In this document: positions 1 through 13,624 of the stretch, in pieces
Numbering within the stretch: position 1 is the stretch's first letter
Layout of the letters: each line of letters opens with the position of its first letter
Translations under genes and position numbers: made by a program
NCBI RefSeq assembly: GCF_037042905.1
Contig: NC_087250.1
Coordinates: 14,944,001 to 15,008,000, forward strand
Length of the DNA: 64,000 nt
Source of the DNA: Lytechinus pictus
Lineage: Eukaryota
Direction of reading: 5' to 3'
Notes under the pieces: generated by a model
Database searches by the model: none
Told to the model about the DNA's origin: nothing
Seen by the model: only the letters and a program-made list of their open reading frames with translations

Positions 1-1146
1 ATTACAAGGCGAGAGTCAGAACCGCTACACCACGACGCTTCCATCATCAAGAAATTTACCCACATTGTGCTGCACTCAACCCAGCTGAGATGAATAGGTA
101 CCTGACTACCTGGTAGGAAAAAAATCCTCAAATGTGTGAGTGCCTGTAGGCAGCACGGCCAAAGCCAGAGTAACAATAACATTTTGGAATCCACAGTTGA
201 GTATATACTGTACATTGTGCAATACAATGAATTATTATGATTATTTTCAACAAACAACTTTTAATCAATGCTCGTATCCACTCTGCACAGAGCTTGAGGC
301 AGCAATCATCACATAGAGAGTATTATTTGGACCAATCTCCAAAAAGTACTAAACTTTATGTAACAAGGGCTTATATAGTCAATTCAAATTCTGTGAAAAA
401 AACTTGACATTGTATTTCAAAATTGTTGAGGGTCATTCAAATAAGTTGAATAATAAATTTAGTGTTCCAACGGTCCCCTTGACACAAAAGTTAGTGATTG
501 ACCATGGGGCTGAGTTAGTTCTACGATTGGTTGCATTCATTACAGAGTATGATCAACCATATAAATCATTTCTATAATCAATTATAAGCTTTTTGTTAAT
601 AGGGACCTTAGCCTTTGTCTTGGGGTGCTTTGAAAGAAAATATTGACAGTCAATTGCAAATTTATATTGCAATTTTACATTTGATTGATCAAATTTAGCA
701 GTAGGAAAATCAGATTAGAATCCTTGTAAGATGTTGGATAAGCACATCAGGGCATAAAAGTTACTATTACAGTAACTTTGCCATCCAATAATAACTACCA
801 TGGTAACTCTGATCACCAACCAAACAAATCAAAATTAAGGATTCTAGACAAGTTACCATTGGATGGCAAAGAACACTTATGCAACGGGGTCCAGAGCCCC
901 GTAACACAGAGATTAGTGGCTAATTTGAAAGATCAATATTGATCCTTGTCAGTCTACTGAGCAAAATGCACATGCAACAATGATCTTGATAGGTCATTTC
1001 ATTTAATAGCTATTAATCGCTAACCGTTGTGTTACAATCAATAGCAAATTTGCAATTAATTGCAAGACATGTTCGAATGTTGGACCCCACAGTAGATTTG
1101 CGATTGATTGTAAAATTCCTTGTATGTAAGGCCCCCCAAATCTTAC

Positions 1147-1319
1147 CATGGGTTTATCGTAGAAAGGAAAGCCCTGCATGGACCGCAGTGCGCTGGTAGC
1201 CGACATGATGTCTTTGAAGATTACAAAAGCTTGACCTCGCATCTTGAGGGTCTTCAACGCTACGATGTCCAAGATCTGACCAAACTGGGAGAAGATGGCA
1301 TACAGCGACTTCTTGAGTT
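1147..1319 (-). CDS. snf: U1A/U2B''(SNF)-family snRNP protein, coding exon 2 ([58 protein letters not shown]); gene continues beyond position 1
   Basis: RRM1 with RNP1 [18 protein letters not shown] is SNF/U2B''-like; acceptor cacAG at 1321-1320, donor GTAAGA at 1146. Confidence 0.95.
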
Positions 1320-2323
1320 CTGTGATGGTGAGAATGGAGACATATCGATGGCAATAGGTAAATTCAGATCACATAGTTCGTGCTGTATTATAAACTGCCA
1401 AACAGGGTTTTAGCTTGAGTTCATCTACTAGCAAGTCTTTCTTAGTAGGGATGTCAACCTGAAAATTCATATCTAATTCAGATGTTGAAGATGGCCAGTG
1501 AAAACAAAAGGCCTTTGCAATTGATTTAAAATAACACTAAGAATATGGTCAAATTCTGACCAGTGGTTGCCGAGATACAGCAATTCAAATTTCCAGAAAA
1601 GGGCAATTTTCTGGCGCCAATGCAGTTTCTCACCGGCCGATACCACTACCAGTATACCTCACCACCAATATATGTCATGACAAGTCTCTCACTCTTAAAA
1701 TCTAAGTCACATTACGAGGCGAGGTCAACATAATATACCCATCATTTTTCCACATATTGCGATCGGGAATGGCTGTATTTCGGCTTCGAGTTCCGTGTCG
1801 ACGTCATCGTTCGAATTCTCAGTCAGACATAGCTTCACTTGGATTCACCATGCGCCATAATGTTGATACGGGCTGAGGTTAGCGACCAAATCATTCAAAC
1901 GAACTACCGCTGGCATGGGAATCTTTTTTAGTTTTGGTCGCTAATTTTCAGTCCATATCAACATTACGGAGAGCTAGAGCGGCGAAGCAATGTCTGATTC
2001 TGAGCCTTTCGAACAATCAATTTTGTCGAGATCAGTCAAAATACAGCCGTTACTAGTCGTTACCAATCGCGATATTTTGAAAAGCGGCGGGTTTCATGCC
2101 ATGGCATGGGTACGTATACTGACACTACTGAACTCAAAATGCGACTTAGCTGAAAAACTTGCTATGATGAGTATGACTATGACTGAGTGAACCATTTTAC
2201 TGGTGGTGAGCATGGTGAGGTATGCTGGTATTCAGCCAGGGAAACTGTGTATAACTATGAGATATGAGCGCCGATTTTCTGCCTAACGCTAAGAGTAAGA
2301 CTAAGAATAAGATTAAAGATTAA

Positions 2324-5300
2324 AGGACACATTCGAAGAATCAGAAGTATTTTATAATGACTTTATATGGTCATCATTGTAAAGGGGAAGTATTAATAAT
2401 CAGATATATAACTTCACTTTTCAAAATAGTGATCAGAGTTTGCAGAAATCAGCTCTCAAAAATGATTTATTTTCATGCCATATTTCTGCCTTCCACCGGT
2501 CCTCTTGCGAGCTCCAGCTGAGTGACGTCACACAATGAGCAGAGCAGCTGAGCTGACAGCAGCCCATTGGAGACGATCTTTCCAATCATCGTTTGTTGCT
2601 CTTAGAATTGTTTATTGCTCTTAATATTGGTCTTGTTATATAGATAAAAGTTTGAATTTACTGAACAGTGAAAAAAAGTGTACATTTAACGTATTTTGGT
2701 AACCGATATTTAGCTTAGAATTTTTTTTTTTTCAAGAAATATATGTGAATAAACAAAGCATATTTTCACGTAGAAATCACACTTGCGTCACATTAATATT
2801 ATAATCAATATAAAGCATAGACATTCTTCTTTATGACTGAACAAAAATTATGAAATTTCATTAAGTAGCAAAGTCAGGAACCACAAAAAAAACATGGCAA
2901 TATCCATCGCGAAATGACTGAAATTGCAGTTGAATTGCCGAAGCATTATTAGGCAACAGCGGCGAGCAGACTTTATTTCATACATCTTAAAAATGCCTTT
3001 ACGGTAAGGCAATGGTCTGTGGCCAAATGCGTTGGCCAATGTTTTGTCATGTGCGAGGACCCTGGTTCGAAACTCGTATTTTTTTCTGGACATTTTTTTT
3101 TATTCCTTCCCCGTCCCTACCCATCTTTTTTTCTCTTTTTATTTTCTTGTGAAATTCTATTCAGACCTGTATTTATCAAATCTTGCTTCTTAATTGCTGC
3201 TTTTGATTTTCAAGTTCTTGATTAGATCATTTCTACTCTTATTTGGGATGGGAGGGGTAGAGTTAAAAGTCAAGTCCACATCAACTAAAAATTATTTGAA
3301 TAGAGTAATTTCCCTTGTTGTTTTTACTAAAAACAGTCATATACACAAAACAATGATATGCAAATTAGAGTTGTCACCCACATCACATTCATTTCTATTT
3401 TTTGTGGCATTTTGTTTTTTATTCTTTGCAGATTTGAATCAAAGTTTTTACGAAATTTCCTGCAATATCTTGTTATTTTTCTTTAAATTCAAATGAATTT
3501 TTGATTGCATGGACTTCTCCTTTACTCTTAATGTAGGGAATGCATAGCAAAAAATTTTCAGAACCAAAATTGTCTTAATAGAATATGCAAATCAGTAATT
3601 GGACACATGTTCACTTTTCTTTCATCCAGGCCACTTCCTCACATCCACCAGGCTTTCAGTCTTATAACAAAAATGATGAACCATCACACAACAGCACACA
3701 ACATTCACAGTGCTTCACAATAAATATTTCACTTCTGTTCATACATGCAATAAATATTGTGGAAAACAAATAAAAGGCGTACCCATATTCAAATACTGTT
3801 TAAAAGGACAAATATATTATACCTTTCGAGAAAAATCAGCACGTTAAATATCTGATAACAAAACATAATTATGGGGCACTGCAAGAAACTTATGTTCAAT
3901 TGCAAATCAAGCGTAAGTCTTAAATTCAAATTCAAGCGTAATAAGGTCGAGTTGCAATCGCAATTCAACTACATGTTTAATCAAAGGACTTACCCTTGAT
4001 TTGGGACGTGTGATTGAGACATTTCTCGCAAAATGCCCTAGTAACATTAAAATTGTTCTTTCGTTTTAAATTGTGTGTTATTATTTTTGACAAGCTGTAT
4101 TCCTGTCCAAGTCAAATTTCTTAGTTCTCTCCAAAACTGTGCTCAAAATTGTTTCCAAGATTGATAAAGAAAATTTTTCTTTTGTATCATTATCATTCCA
4201 CAACTTGCAAACCGTAGGTCCTGGAAAGAGTGAAGAAAAAAATGGCTATATCCATATCATAGTAAAAGGACATGATGGAATCTCCCAGATTGAGGTAGCA
4301 AGCAGAGACCAGAAGTCACCAGAGTCAGCAAGTGTGCAGATCTGTGTGTAGAAGAGAGAAAAAAAGAAATAGTTTAAATAATCAAATCAAAGTATGAATT
4401 CAATTATCGTGATGATTGATGACGTGCGGTGGCATGTAATTCCCGGTCAACAACAAATGATAGTAGGTTTAGACACCTGAAAAGTTCCACTCAGAACACT
4501 GATGCTCTACCTCAAGTGATGTTTGTGTAAGCCCCACTCCACTTCACTACCGTACATGTACGCCACACCTACCCAGGTAGGTGTGTAGCGTAGTGTAGGC
4601 TGTAGCAGTAGTGAAGTGGAGACTACACGAACATCATTTGAGGTACGGTGCTCTATGAGTCTCTGTGTCATTACAAAGATTGCATTTATCTTCATTGTTG
4701 AAGGCATTACGCATGCATATATGCAGCAACACTCTAATCAGAAAGAAACACCAGACTCTAATTATGGCCCACCCAAGGGTTCATTACATGCCGCCGCGCA
4801 AAGAAAATTCAAGCCATAGAAGTCGTGTGTTGTGGACCCAAGAAGTGAGATCCCAGCACGCGCGACCCACTAGTTAGAAATCCACTGCCAAAAACGCGGT
4901 TCGTGGTGCGAGGTTAGTATACTAATACTAACCTCGCAATACGTGTGAGTGATTTTGGCCAGGAATCAGGGTAATCACTGCTGAAAATTTGTCTGGCTTC
5001 ATGACATCGGCATCATGGTGATATATTTCTGTGTATAATAAAAACTTAAACATTCCTCTGAAACAACAGATTTTCAGCCATGGTCCATACCAGTGATCCT
5101 AAATAATTTAATCGCCTGCCCGAGTCCTGACCAGTTTTAGAAATCTGAAGAAAAAATCTGCTGGAATTGTGCAAAAACATTATTTCTATAAAAAAAACTT
5201 TTTAATTTTAATAGTATACGCCAAAATGCATGATTCTAAACTTATATCAGATCTGTATCTGTCATCTGACCTGAATGCATCGTCAGAACAAGTACAGTTT

Positions 5301-5880
5301 CCAAACATGCTTACCTTGACTTTTGACTGGATCAAACAGCGTAACCTGCAGTGCAACATGCATCGGGAGCAAGTGAATGGGACCGTGCAGCTTGGAGTTT
5401 TTCAATAGTTTAAGTTAGTAGAGCAACACAACGTAGACTGTCGAGTGGACAAAATCGATCTTTCCAGTTCACAATTCAATAAAAACCGGGCAAAATAACA
5501 CAGTTCTGGTTCCCTTAATAGTCTGAAGTTGTCGAAAACAGAATTCGGATATCACAATACATGAAGAAAACGGTAAATTCGAAGAAAAATAGAGACCAGG
5601 AAGGTGAATCAGCTATCACTCAGTGTACTGCTGGCAGAGCGGCTGAGTGAGTCGATCATCATGTGACGTCATTATTCTCGACTGTATTTCATCGCGTTAG
5701 TGTGTGTCTGGGGGCGGATGGGGGGCTGAGAAGGGTCTCTAATAATTTCATTTCTTGCATTTCCACGACATCAATAAGACTTTTTAGTGACATATTTGTG
5801 TATAAAAAGACAAGACCTTTCCATTCATATATAATTTGTCTATAATCATCACTTTCGTGAATTTTCTTTGGATGTATACT
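2324..5880. mobile_element. Possible 3.6-kb non-autonomous Kolobok-like element in snf intron 1
   Basis: TTAA at 2320-2323 and 5881-5884; imperfect TIR AGGACACATTCGAAGAA vs AGTATACATCCAAAGAA (13/17); similar cagagc.gctgag and gtgacgtca motifs near both ends. Confidence 0.5.
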
Positions 5881-6309
5881 TTAAGAATTTTTATAAAATA
5901 GCTGTATTATTTCAAGCATCGCGATTGGTCAATACGCGTCACATGACATCCAACTTTTTTTGTGCACTGCACGGTAGTGCAAAAGGTGTGCAACGAAAAT
6001 TGACATTGCACGCTCGAGCAAACCAGTGCGGTAAAGTCCTACAAAACTGTACTGTAACTTTTTAAAAAATTGTTTCTGTGTTGCTATTTTATAAAACAAA
6101 TAATGCACTTGCTCTGTCGTGCGTAAAAGTAAATGCAGAGAAAGCTCGGTTTCTTCAGATGGAGCACACTGGGCACTCGCCGCAAGCGGCTCGTGCACAG
6201 TGCGACTCCTATCTAAAGAAACCTCGCGTGCTCTGCATTTCCACTAACGCACTCGGCTGCATGCATTATTTGTATACTAACGTCAACGAGCATGACTTTT
6301 TTAACTTAC

Positions 6310-6370
6310 CATCTTTCTTTATCTTTTCATTAAGGTTGTTGATGTAAATTGTGTGATTTGGAGCAGCCAT
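6310..6370 (-). CDS. snf: U1A/U2B''(SNF)-family snRNP protein, coding exon 1 (MAAPNHTIYINNLNEKIKKD/E)
   Basis: ATG at 6370-6368 in gagATGG context; RNP2 motif IYINNL; donor G|GTAAGT at 6309. Joins in frame to the 1147-1319 exon (61+173=234 nt). Not in the ORF track. Confidence 0.93.
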
Positions 6371-7164
6371 CTCGACTTGGATTCTCACTTTTTCAGTTGC
6401 TGTAGGTTAGAATCTGACTGAAGAAAAATTAAGAGTTGAGACGAGTCAGAAAAAAATTACCCGAAATCTCGCCCAGTCAAAATTACACGAAATAGTATAT
6501 CTGGGACCACGTAATAAATACGATTATTTTCAAATACTCAAAATACAAAAACATATATTACTTTGGGATCGAAACATCCAGGTATGATAGCAATAAATAT
6601 AATTCAATTGAAAGAATATACAAATCAAGATGGATGAATGATTAAAAAGTATGATTTTGAACGATTCTCAAGTGACAACACATACCCTCTCACAACACAT
6701 AAACGCCAACAGTGTAATTAAATAAAATAAGCGGAAATATTTATCCTAATTTTATTGCCAATTTGATTACTAAAATGATTGCTAGTACATAACCGAAAGT
6801 TGGCGCGGGGGTCTAATGTTTTATTTTCCGGTGAGGAGGGGGGGGGGGGCGAAAAATATTTAGAATGTTATAAAGTAATTTTCTTTGCAAATAAACTGAA
6901 AATCTTACACAGCCCTAAAAGCGAGCGGGCAAAACGTTCTAGGCTGATAAAGTGTGCATTTTATTTTTATTTTATTTATTTATCATCCAGTAATCACTAT
7001 TTCTTTTGTATTTTATTATATGAAATACTGAATATTTGAATTTTCACTTCATTGTCAAGTGAATCAAAGATTAATTCCTCCCTGAACATGTGGAATTAAC
7101 ATTATTTTGATACTATATGGGCCCGTATAGTGGGTCAGTCAAGTTGGCCCTTCCCTGATAGCAG

Positions 7165-7740
7165 AAACTGGTAAAAATGACGTTATATTTACGTCATTTT
7201 TACGACGAGTCTCACGTCATATTGACGTCGTAACATGACGTCTTAATCACGGGATCTTGCACCCGCGAATAACGTCATTATGACGTCGTATATTGACGTC
7301 ATTATGACGTCTCCAAGAGTGACTACGACGTCTTAATGACGTCTTTGCAACGTTTTTACAACGTTTTCCTGACCAGTATCAAGGGTCAGATTGACGTCGT
7401 GTATTGACGTGATTATGACGTCTTCGAGAGTCAACCACGACGTCTTAATGACATCCGTGCAACGTGTTCCTGACCGGTTTTAGACGTCATATTGATGTAA
7501 TTATGACGTCTTTAAAAGTCATCTACGACGTCTTAATGACAATTTTGCAACGTATTCCTGACCAGTTTCAGACGTCATAGTGATGTAATTATGACGTCTT
7601 TATAAGTCATCTACGACGTCTGAATGACGACTTTGCAACATATTGCTGACTAGTAATAGACGTCATATTGACGTCGCATATAGAAATGAATATGACGTCT
7701 TTTGGAGTCAACTATGATATCTGAACGTATTCTGACGTGA
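7165..7740. repeat. GACGTC/TGACGTCA-rich degenerate subterminal tandem array
   Basis: Many gacgtc, tatgacgtc and cgacgtcttaatgac units; mirrored by a related array at 14340-14420 and 16135-16520. Confidence 0.9.
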
Positions 7741-8529
7741 TAATGACCTTAACATTAAATTCTACATGCAATGTACATACACACATCACTTCAAAGACCT
7801 TGTCATTGAGGATTATCTATATTTGGTGAATACTGAGGTGGTCTGAAAATGTCTAGCATTCCCAGTAACAATATAATGATCCTCCATGCCAGGGCCTTGC
7901 ATAACTTGTCTCAGTCTCAAGAACATGACCCCCCCCCCCCCCCCCCGAAAAAGAATATATACAAAAATGGAAAACGAAATCAAATACATGTACGCATTTC
8001 AATTACGAAATCGTGGCAAATATTCTATTAATAAATAAAAGTTGCATAACATGATATTACCAGCAAAAAAAAGGAAAACCAAAAAGTTGAAAACTCTAAA
8101 TAGATTTTTTAAAAACCCCACTTTTCTATGAAAATGCAGTATTAGGGTCAAAGGAATGAAATTACAATGTTTGTTATACCAATACATACAATTGAAAATG
8201 TATAAATACACATTAATACATAACAGAGGCATAATGATTTCCAAGAATAAAGCTTTTTCGTTGAAATTGTAATTAAATATACCTTCAACTTTAGACAACT
8301 ATGTAATGTATTTTTTAAAAAATACCTGAGTTGGAATAATTTCATGATTTATGGAAGCTCGCATTTGGGTGAAAGAATCATACATGTACATTAATTCTTA
8401 TGAAAAGTTTGGGTTGTATTACACTATCACTTAGGGGTAAAAGAGAGTAGTTGCAGCAAACAATTAATTCTTCGGAAAGTCTTTTAAATTATGGTTAATT
8501 GTCAAAATATTGTACATAATCTAGATCTG

Positions 8530-8801
8530 GGCCCCGTCTTACAAAGAGTTACGATTGATCTGATCAATCATAACTCTAAGGAAACCCATCAGTGTCATAA
8601 TTTTTTTTCTACGAAAAATTTGCACAATGTCCTTTGTATGCAAAGAGAAGCGCAGCAAATTTTTGAGAAAACAATGAATGCATGAACATACATCATAGCT
8701 AGAAAATATTTTGAACAAACATGCTTAATAGATGTTAACGTTGCTGACCGTCCATATTTGCGATTGATCGGATCAATCATAACTCTTTGTAAGACGGGGC
8801 C
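8530..8801. mobile_element. Harbinger-like MITE with CWG target duplication
   Basis: TIR GGCCCCGTCTTACAAAGAGTTA, CTG TSD; empty site visible in the paralogous copy at about 9760. Relatives at about 470-610, 895-1090, 32059-32215 and 41088-41244. Confidence 0.9.
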
Positions 8802-8855
8802 CTGGTAAATTAATGTAAACTTGTATCTTTGTAAAATCATGAATTTTGAACTTAA

Positions 8856-9249
8856 AGAGAAGTTCCAGTAGTTGCAGTAAACACTGATTTCATGAGAAAG
8901 TCTGTAAAACAAGGCTTAATTGGCAGTATATCATCGAGGATCTAGATCTGGTACAGTTACATAAACTGAACTTTGTGAAATCCTGAAATCTACGCTGAAA
9001 AATGTTCACACTGAAGATCACCAACACAGATAGGCACACGTGGGACAGTGTATTATTATTGCTGGAATAAAGACCCGACGGAAGTGACCGAATCCGCGCT
9101 TATTTTGCTTATTTCTCAGCAATTACACAATTTCTTCCAGAATCCTTTGGCACATATTTTTTATTCATACAAACAAACACTTGGGTGGTCATTATATTAG
9201 ATTCTGTAAAAAGTCATTTTGAGATCGTTACCAAAACTGGAATTTATCT
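8856..9249. mobile_element. TTAA-site (Kolobok-like) MITE nested in a related element
   Basis: AGAGAAGTTCCAGT / ACTGGAATTTATCT termini, TTAA TSD; empty site at about 9812. Confidence 0.82.
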
Positions 9250-10303
9250 TTAAAATCAATAATTCTGATGATCACTAACACAGAAAAGCATATGAGGGAC
9301 TGGACAGTGTATTATGATTGATTCGAAAAATACTCGACATTTGATAGAATTACATGCTTATTTTGCTCATTTCTCAGCAATTACACATTTTCTTCCCGAG
9401 CTATTTGGCACACATCTTTTATATATACACTTTGCTGGTAATTCTGTTGGATTCTGTTCGAACTCATTTTAAGATAGTTACTACTAGAGGTGGGCTATTA
9501 ACTTAAGGCAACTATGTAATGTAGGAAAAAATATACTGTATTTTAAAAAAATACCTGAGTTGCAAGGTTTTCATGATTTATGGAAGCTTGCATTTGGGTG
9601 AAAGAATCATACATTAATAAGTCTGATGAAAATAGTTTGTGGAACTGTTGTATTACACTATCACTTAGAAGGAAAAGACAGTAGTTGCAGCAAACAATTA
9701 TTTCTTGAGAAAATCTATAAAATCAAAGTTAATTGTCAATATATTGTACATAATCTACATCTGGTACATTAATGTAAACTTGTATCTTTGTAAAATCATG
9801 AATTTTTAAACTTAAAATCGATAATTCTGATGATCGCTATAAACACAGAAAAGCATATGTGGGACAGTGTATTATAATCGATTCGAAAAATACCTGACAT
9901 TTGATAGAATTACATGCTTATTTTGCTCATTTCTCAGCAATTACGCATTTTCATTTTCTTCCCTACATGTAGCTACGTTGGCTTTTTATGTGAGCTGAGA
10001 GATTTCATACCAGATTTCCTATGCTTGATAAAGTTCTTATGATAGTCTGTGTATCAGCATAGCATGTGTTCAGTGTTTTGAACCCACTGGAAATTGTGCA
10101 TCATATCTTTATGTATGGAAGTCATTTTGCGTCTGCGGTCTCCATGGTTTTTTCAGGATCTATGTGTTGACTAGACCAGTCCCATATTGATATTTTCATG
10201 CTGTGTCACTTTGGAAGGCCGTCTCTAATTGGTTGACTGGTGAGTTGGCAGATGCACAGCCCATCCCACTTTTCAATTATATCATTACGTAATCTCTAAC
10301 ATC

Positions 10304-10920
10304 ATGTCTAAGATATCCACCAGATCAAGAGGCCGCTTGCACTCGGCTAACGCATGTACACAATCCTCTGATTCATCATTAACTGGATCTAAACAAAGCC
10401 CAGCATACCTAAATCATATTGATACAGTCGTTCAAAGAGCGGCGGCCGTGGCAATGGAACGCGAGAGACAAAAACTCAATGATGACATGGATAAGCACGA
10501 AAATAAATTGCGTGAAATTCTTGATGAAAAACTCACTAGTCCACACGTTCTTGAAATATCTATCGATACTAAATTGAAGCAACTCCGTGATTTAAAAAAA
10601 TCTGTTTCTGATAACATGACTAACACCATAATGCTTTGTCAAATAGGCTTGACCACATCGAGCAGTACTCCTGTCGCAATAATATCCGTATCCGTATGAG
10701 ATTGTTCGAAATGCAGCAAAGCAGATTGGTATCGATCTTACTCCATGCGACATTGATCGATCCCATCACCTTCGCCGACCAACTAGCAGTCATGATGTTC
10801 AACCCCAAGGATCATACCCCAGCGTGGCCCTGTAATGCCAACTTAGCAGCTCCACCAATCAATGTGAAATTCACTTCATACAAGCCGAAACGAACGATGA
10901 TGAAAAATAGAGCAGGCAGG
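10304..10920 (+). pseudogene. Decayed LINE ORF1 fragment inside the 9.4-kb transposon
   Basis: Coiled coil followed, after a frameshift, by SNRLDHIEQYSCRNNIRI (the EQYSRRNNIRI-type ORF1 motif). Confidence 0.65.
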
Positions 10921-12043
10921 CAAGGCAGTTCAGGTGGGATGAAAATTTAATGGCAGGACACCTTCCATTTCAATTTACAGCATCTGCAAAAATAACAGAA
11001 GAGGAGAAACATAAAAACCTTTTCTACATAAACTATTTATTAATCTTCATTAAAAACTAGATGGTTTCAATATTAATTTCCAATTTATTTCAAATGATTT
11101 AAAAATGATGTGGGGTTTGTTACAGATTTTATACTTCAAATATTAACATGTACAGTCAAGTCGGGGGGGTGGGCATGATGCCCTCACGACCTTTAACCAT
11201 CTCTGTATAAGGAAGGAAAATTTTAGAATCAATTTATTTGACACATAAAACTTTTTTTTTTTTATTATTACAATTTTAATTCAAGCCTTTTTATGTGTTT
11301 TAAATGGTTATGGGGTAACCAGGACTGTCAGGACTGAGAATTTGAACTTCAAGGCCGAAATACAGCCATTCCCTATGCCTGATTTGGCTTAAATTAAGGT
11401 CAACTGGTCAAGGATCAATTAAATATATATTTTGCAAAAAAAATCTGACAAATTTTGAGGTGGAATTAGTTTTCTTGCATCGCGAGATCGACCAATGCTA
11501 AATTTTATTAGCGCCAATTTACCATCTAAACTTTTCATTGAAATTAGAACATCCAAACCGATCCACTATGTCAGCCTGGAATCTAGTACCAGTACTAGCA
11601 CAATCAATCAGCTATGCATGTGCACCAATTCTGTATTTCTTGCATACGTACGTCACTCGAGTTAAAATTCATGTCATTGCGTTATATAGCGTGGGAACTG
11701 GAAGTGATCCTTCAAAATTTTTACCTTCCTACGATTAACATTTTTTAAGCCTTTGTATGCATTTAGAGTACAAAAGCTTACAAATTGGACAAATTAGCAT
11801 TTTCTAGGGAAATCCATCTTAGTGTACAAAGTTCTACAGGCAACAGAGACTTGTCTAGGCTCCGTGAATGAAAATACAATGAAAAAATGATAAAAATATC
11901 ACAGAGTCCTCGAAGTACAGTCAGGACCATTGACAGATTATAAGGTGCCCCAAGTTTGCGCACACCCAAATCTGCGTGATTCTGATAATAGAGATTCCCA
12001 ATGAACCCAAATAAAAAATAAGCTTTACATCTGAAATAGCCTT

Positions 12044-12237
12044 CTTACTTACCTACTGCCCGATGCCTCCTAGCATGTAGGGCAGCAACGAAGGATCTCC
12101 ACTCCTGGCATCTGACGATTCTGGGCCTTCTTCTGGAAACTCCCCCAGGCCAGGTCATATTCACTGACTTCATCTCCTCCTCAACTCCTCATGTGTGACA
12201 CCGAGACAGGTGGTTTTTGTGTCTCCCTCTCTTTCTC
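12044..12237 (-). mobile_element. 3'-end fragment of an RTE-clade LINE
   Basis: Minus strand encodes ...VEEEMK...QKKAQNRQ..EWRSFVAALHARRH followed by a (TAAG)n-type tail. Confidence 0.7.
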
Positions 12238-12336
12238 CTGAAATGTCAAACAGAACTTTTCATTAAAAATCTTACTCAAAATGGTGCTTTTGGTAGAAAA
12301 ATAATGAATATAGGGCATTTCATATGACGGCCTTAA

Positions 12337-13036
12337 CCCTTATTAAACTGGGGGGGGGGGGGGGGGGGGGGCGCTCACTGACTTTTTACTTTCAAGTCTC
12401 GCGCAAATTTTGAGACCAAATTTGTGATGCCCAGGTACGTGGTTACGACATTACGCAACATTATGTAAGTGCATGTCAGACCCAAAATTGCTCATAAACA
12501 TGATTTCATGTACAATTCCAATGCAAATTGTGCATTTAGCCAAAATTCATAAATTTATCATTATTTCTACTTTTACTGATTAAACTTAATTAGTTTTGCC
12601 TTGTTTATGATTATAATTAAGTCTGGAACGATTTCCATCGAAAATACGATTAAAAACAAAAAGTAAAAAACAAAGAAATAAAAAAAACAAAATACATAAG
12701 AAATCGGTCTTGGTACCAGAATTTCTTTTATTCACAATTGTTAGGAATGCTTTAAAGAATATTTTCACCCAAAAAATAGCATTCTAGGAGCTTTATTTAG
12801 TGAATCAGAGCAAAAAGTATGATTTCATGAATGAGCATAATTCATATAAAATAAAAATATATGAATTCAGATTCAGTGAAATTTACCAATGCAACTACGT
12901 AGATTACGTCATTCTCTACCATCATGCAAATTTTCGTTGTGATCGCGCAATTCGCGGCTGAGATCTTATAGGGGGGCAATAATGCCCCCCCCCCCCCGGG
13001 AATGACAAGAATCAAAATACCCCGGGAGATTTAGGG
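12337..13036. mobile_element. piggyBac-like MITE
   Basis: TTAA-CCCT...AGGG-TTAA termini with subterminal G/C runs. Confidence 0.75.
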
Positions 13037-13499
13037 TTAATTGTCAGTATATCATCGTGGATCTACATGTATTGTAGATCTGGTAGTGGTACAGTTACAT
13101 TAACTGAACTTTGTGAAATCTTGAAATCTACGCTGAAAAATGTTCACACTGAAGATCACCAACACAGGTAAAAGCATGTGGGACAGTGTATTATTATTGC
13201 TCTGAATGTCGGCCCGACGCTTGACCCGAATCCTGTGCTTTCTTTGCTGTCATTGATTTCTCAGCAATTACACAATTTCTTCCACCAGAATCCTTGGCTT
13301 TGGCACATATATTATTTATAAATATAGACAGACACTTTGGTGGTCATTTCATTGGATTCTGTACGAACTCATTTTGAATTTGATATCGGACGTTACCACA
13401 ACTGGCATAATTTACCAATTAAAGTGTGCAGACTTGGGCGACCCCCAATGCCCATGACCCCACCAACTCAGCCTGTCCTATAGTACAGTACAGTATGCC

Positions 13500-13624
13500 T
13501 AGCCAGGCGGTTTCTTGAGAGTAAAAATCATTTACTAACGTAGGCTTACTTTCATTGAGAGTAAGCCTACGTTAGTCGTTAGTAAATGATTTTCACTCTT
13601 AAGTCTTAAGAAGCCGCCTGGCTA
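13500..13624. repeat. 125-bp hairpin / mini-MITE
   Basis: TAGCCAGGCGG...CTAACGTAGGCTTACT loop AGTAAGCCTACGTTAG...CCGCCTGGCTA. Confidence 0.85.
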
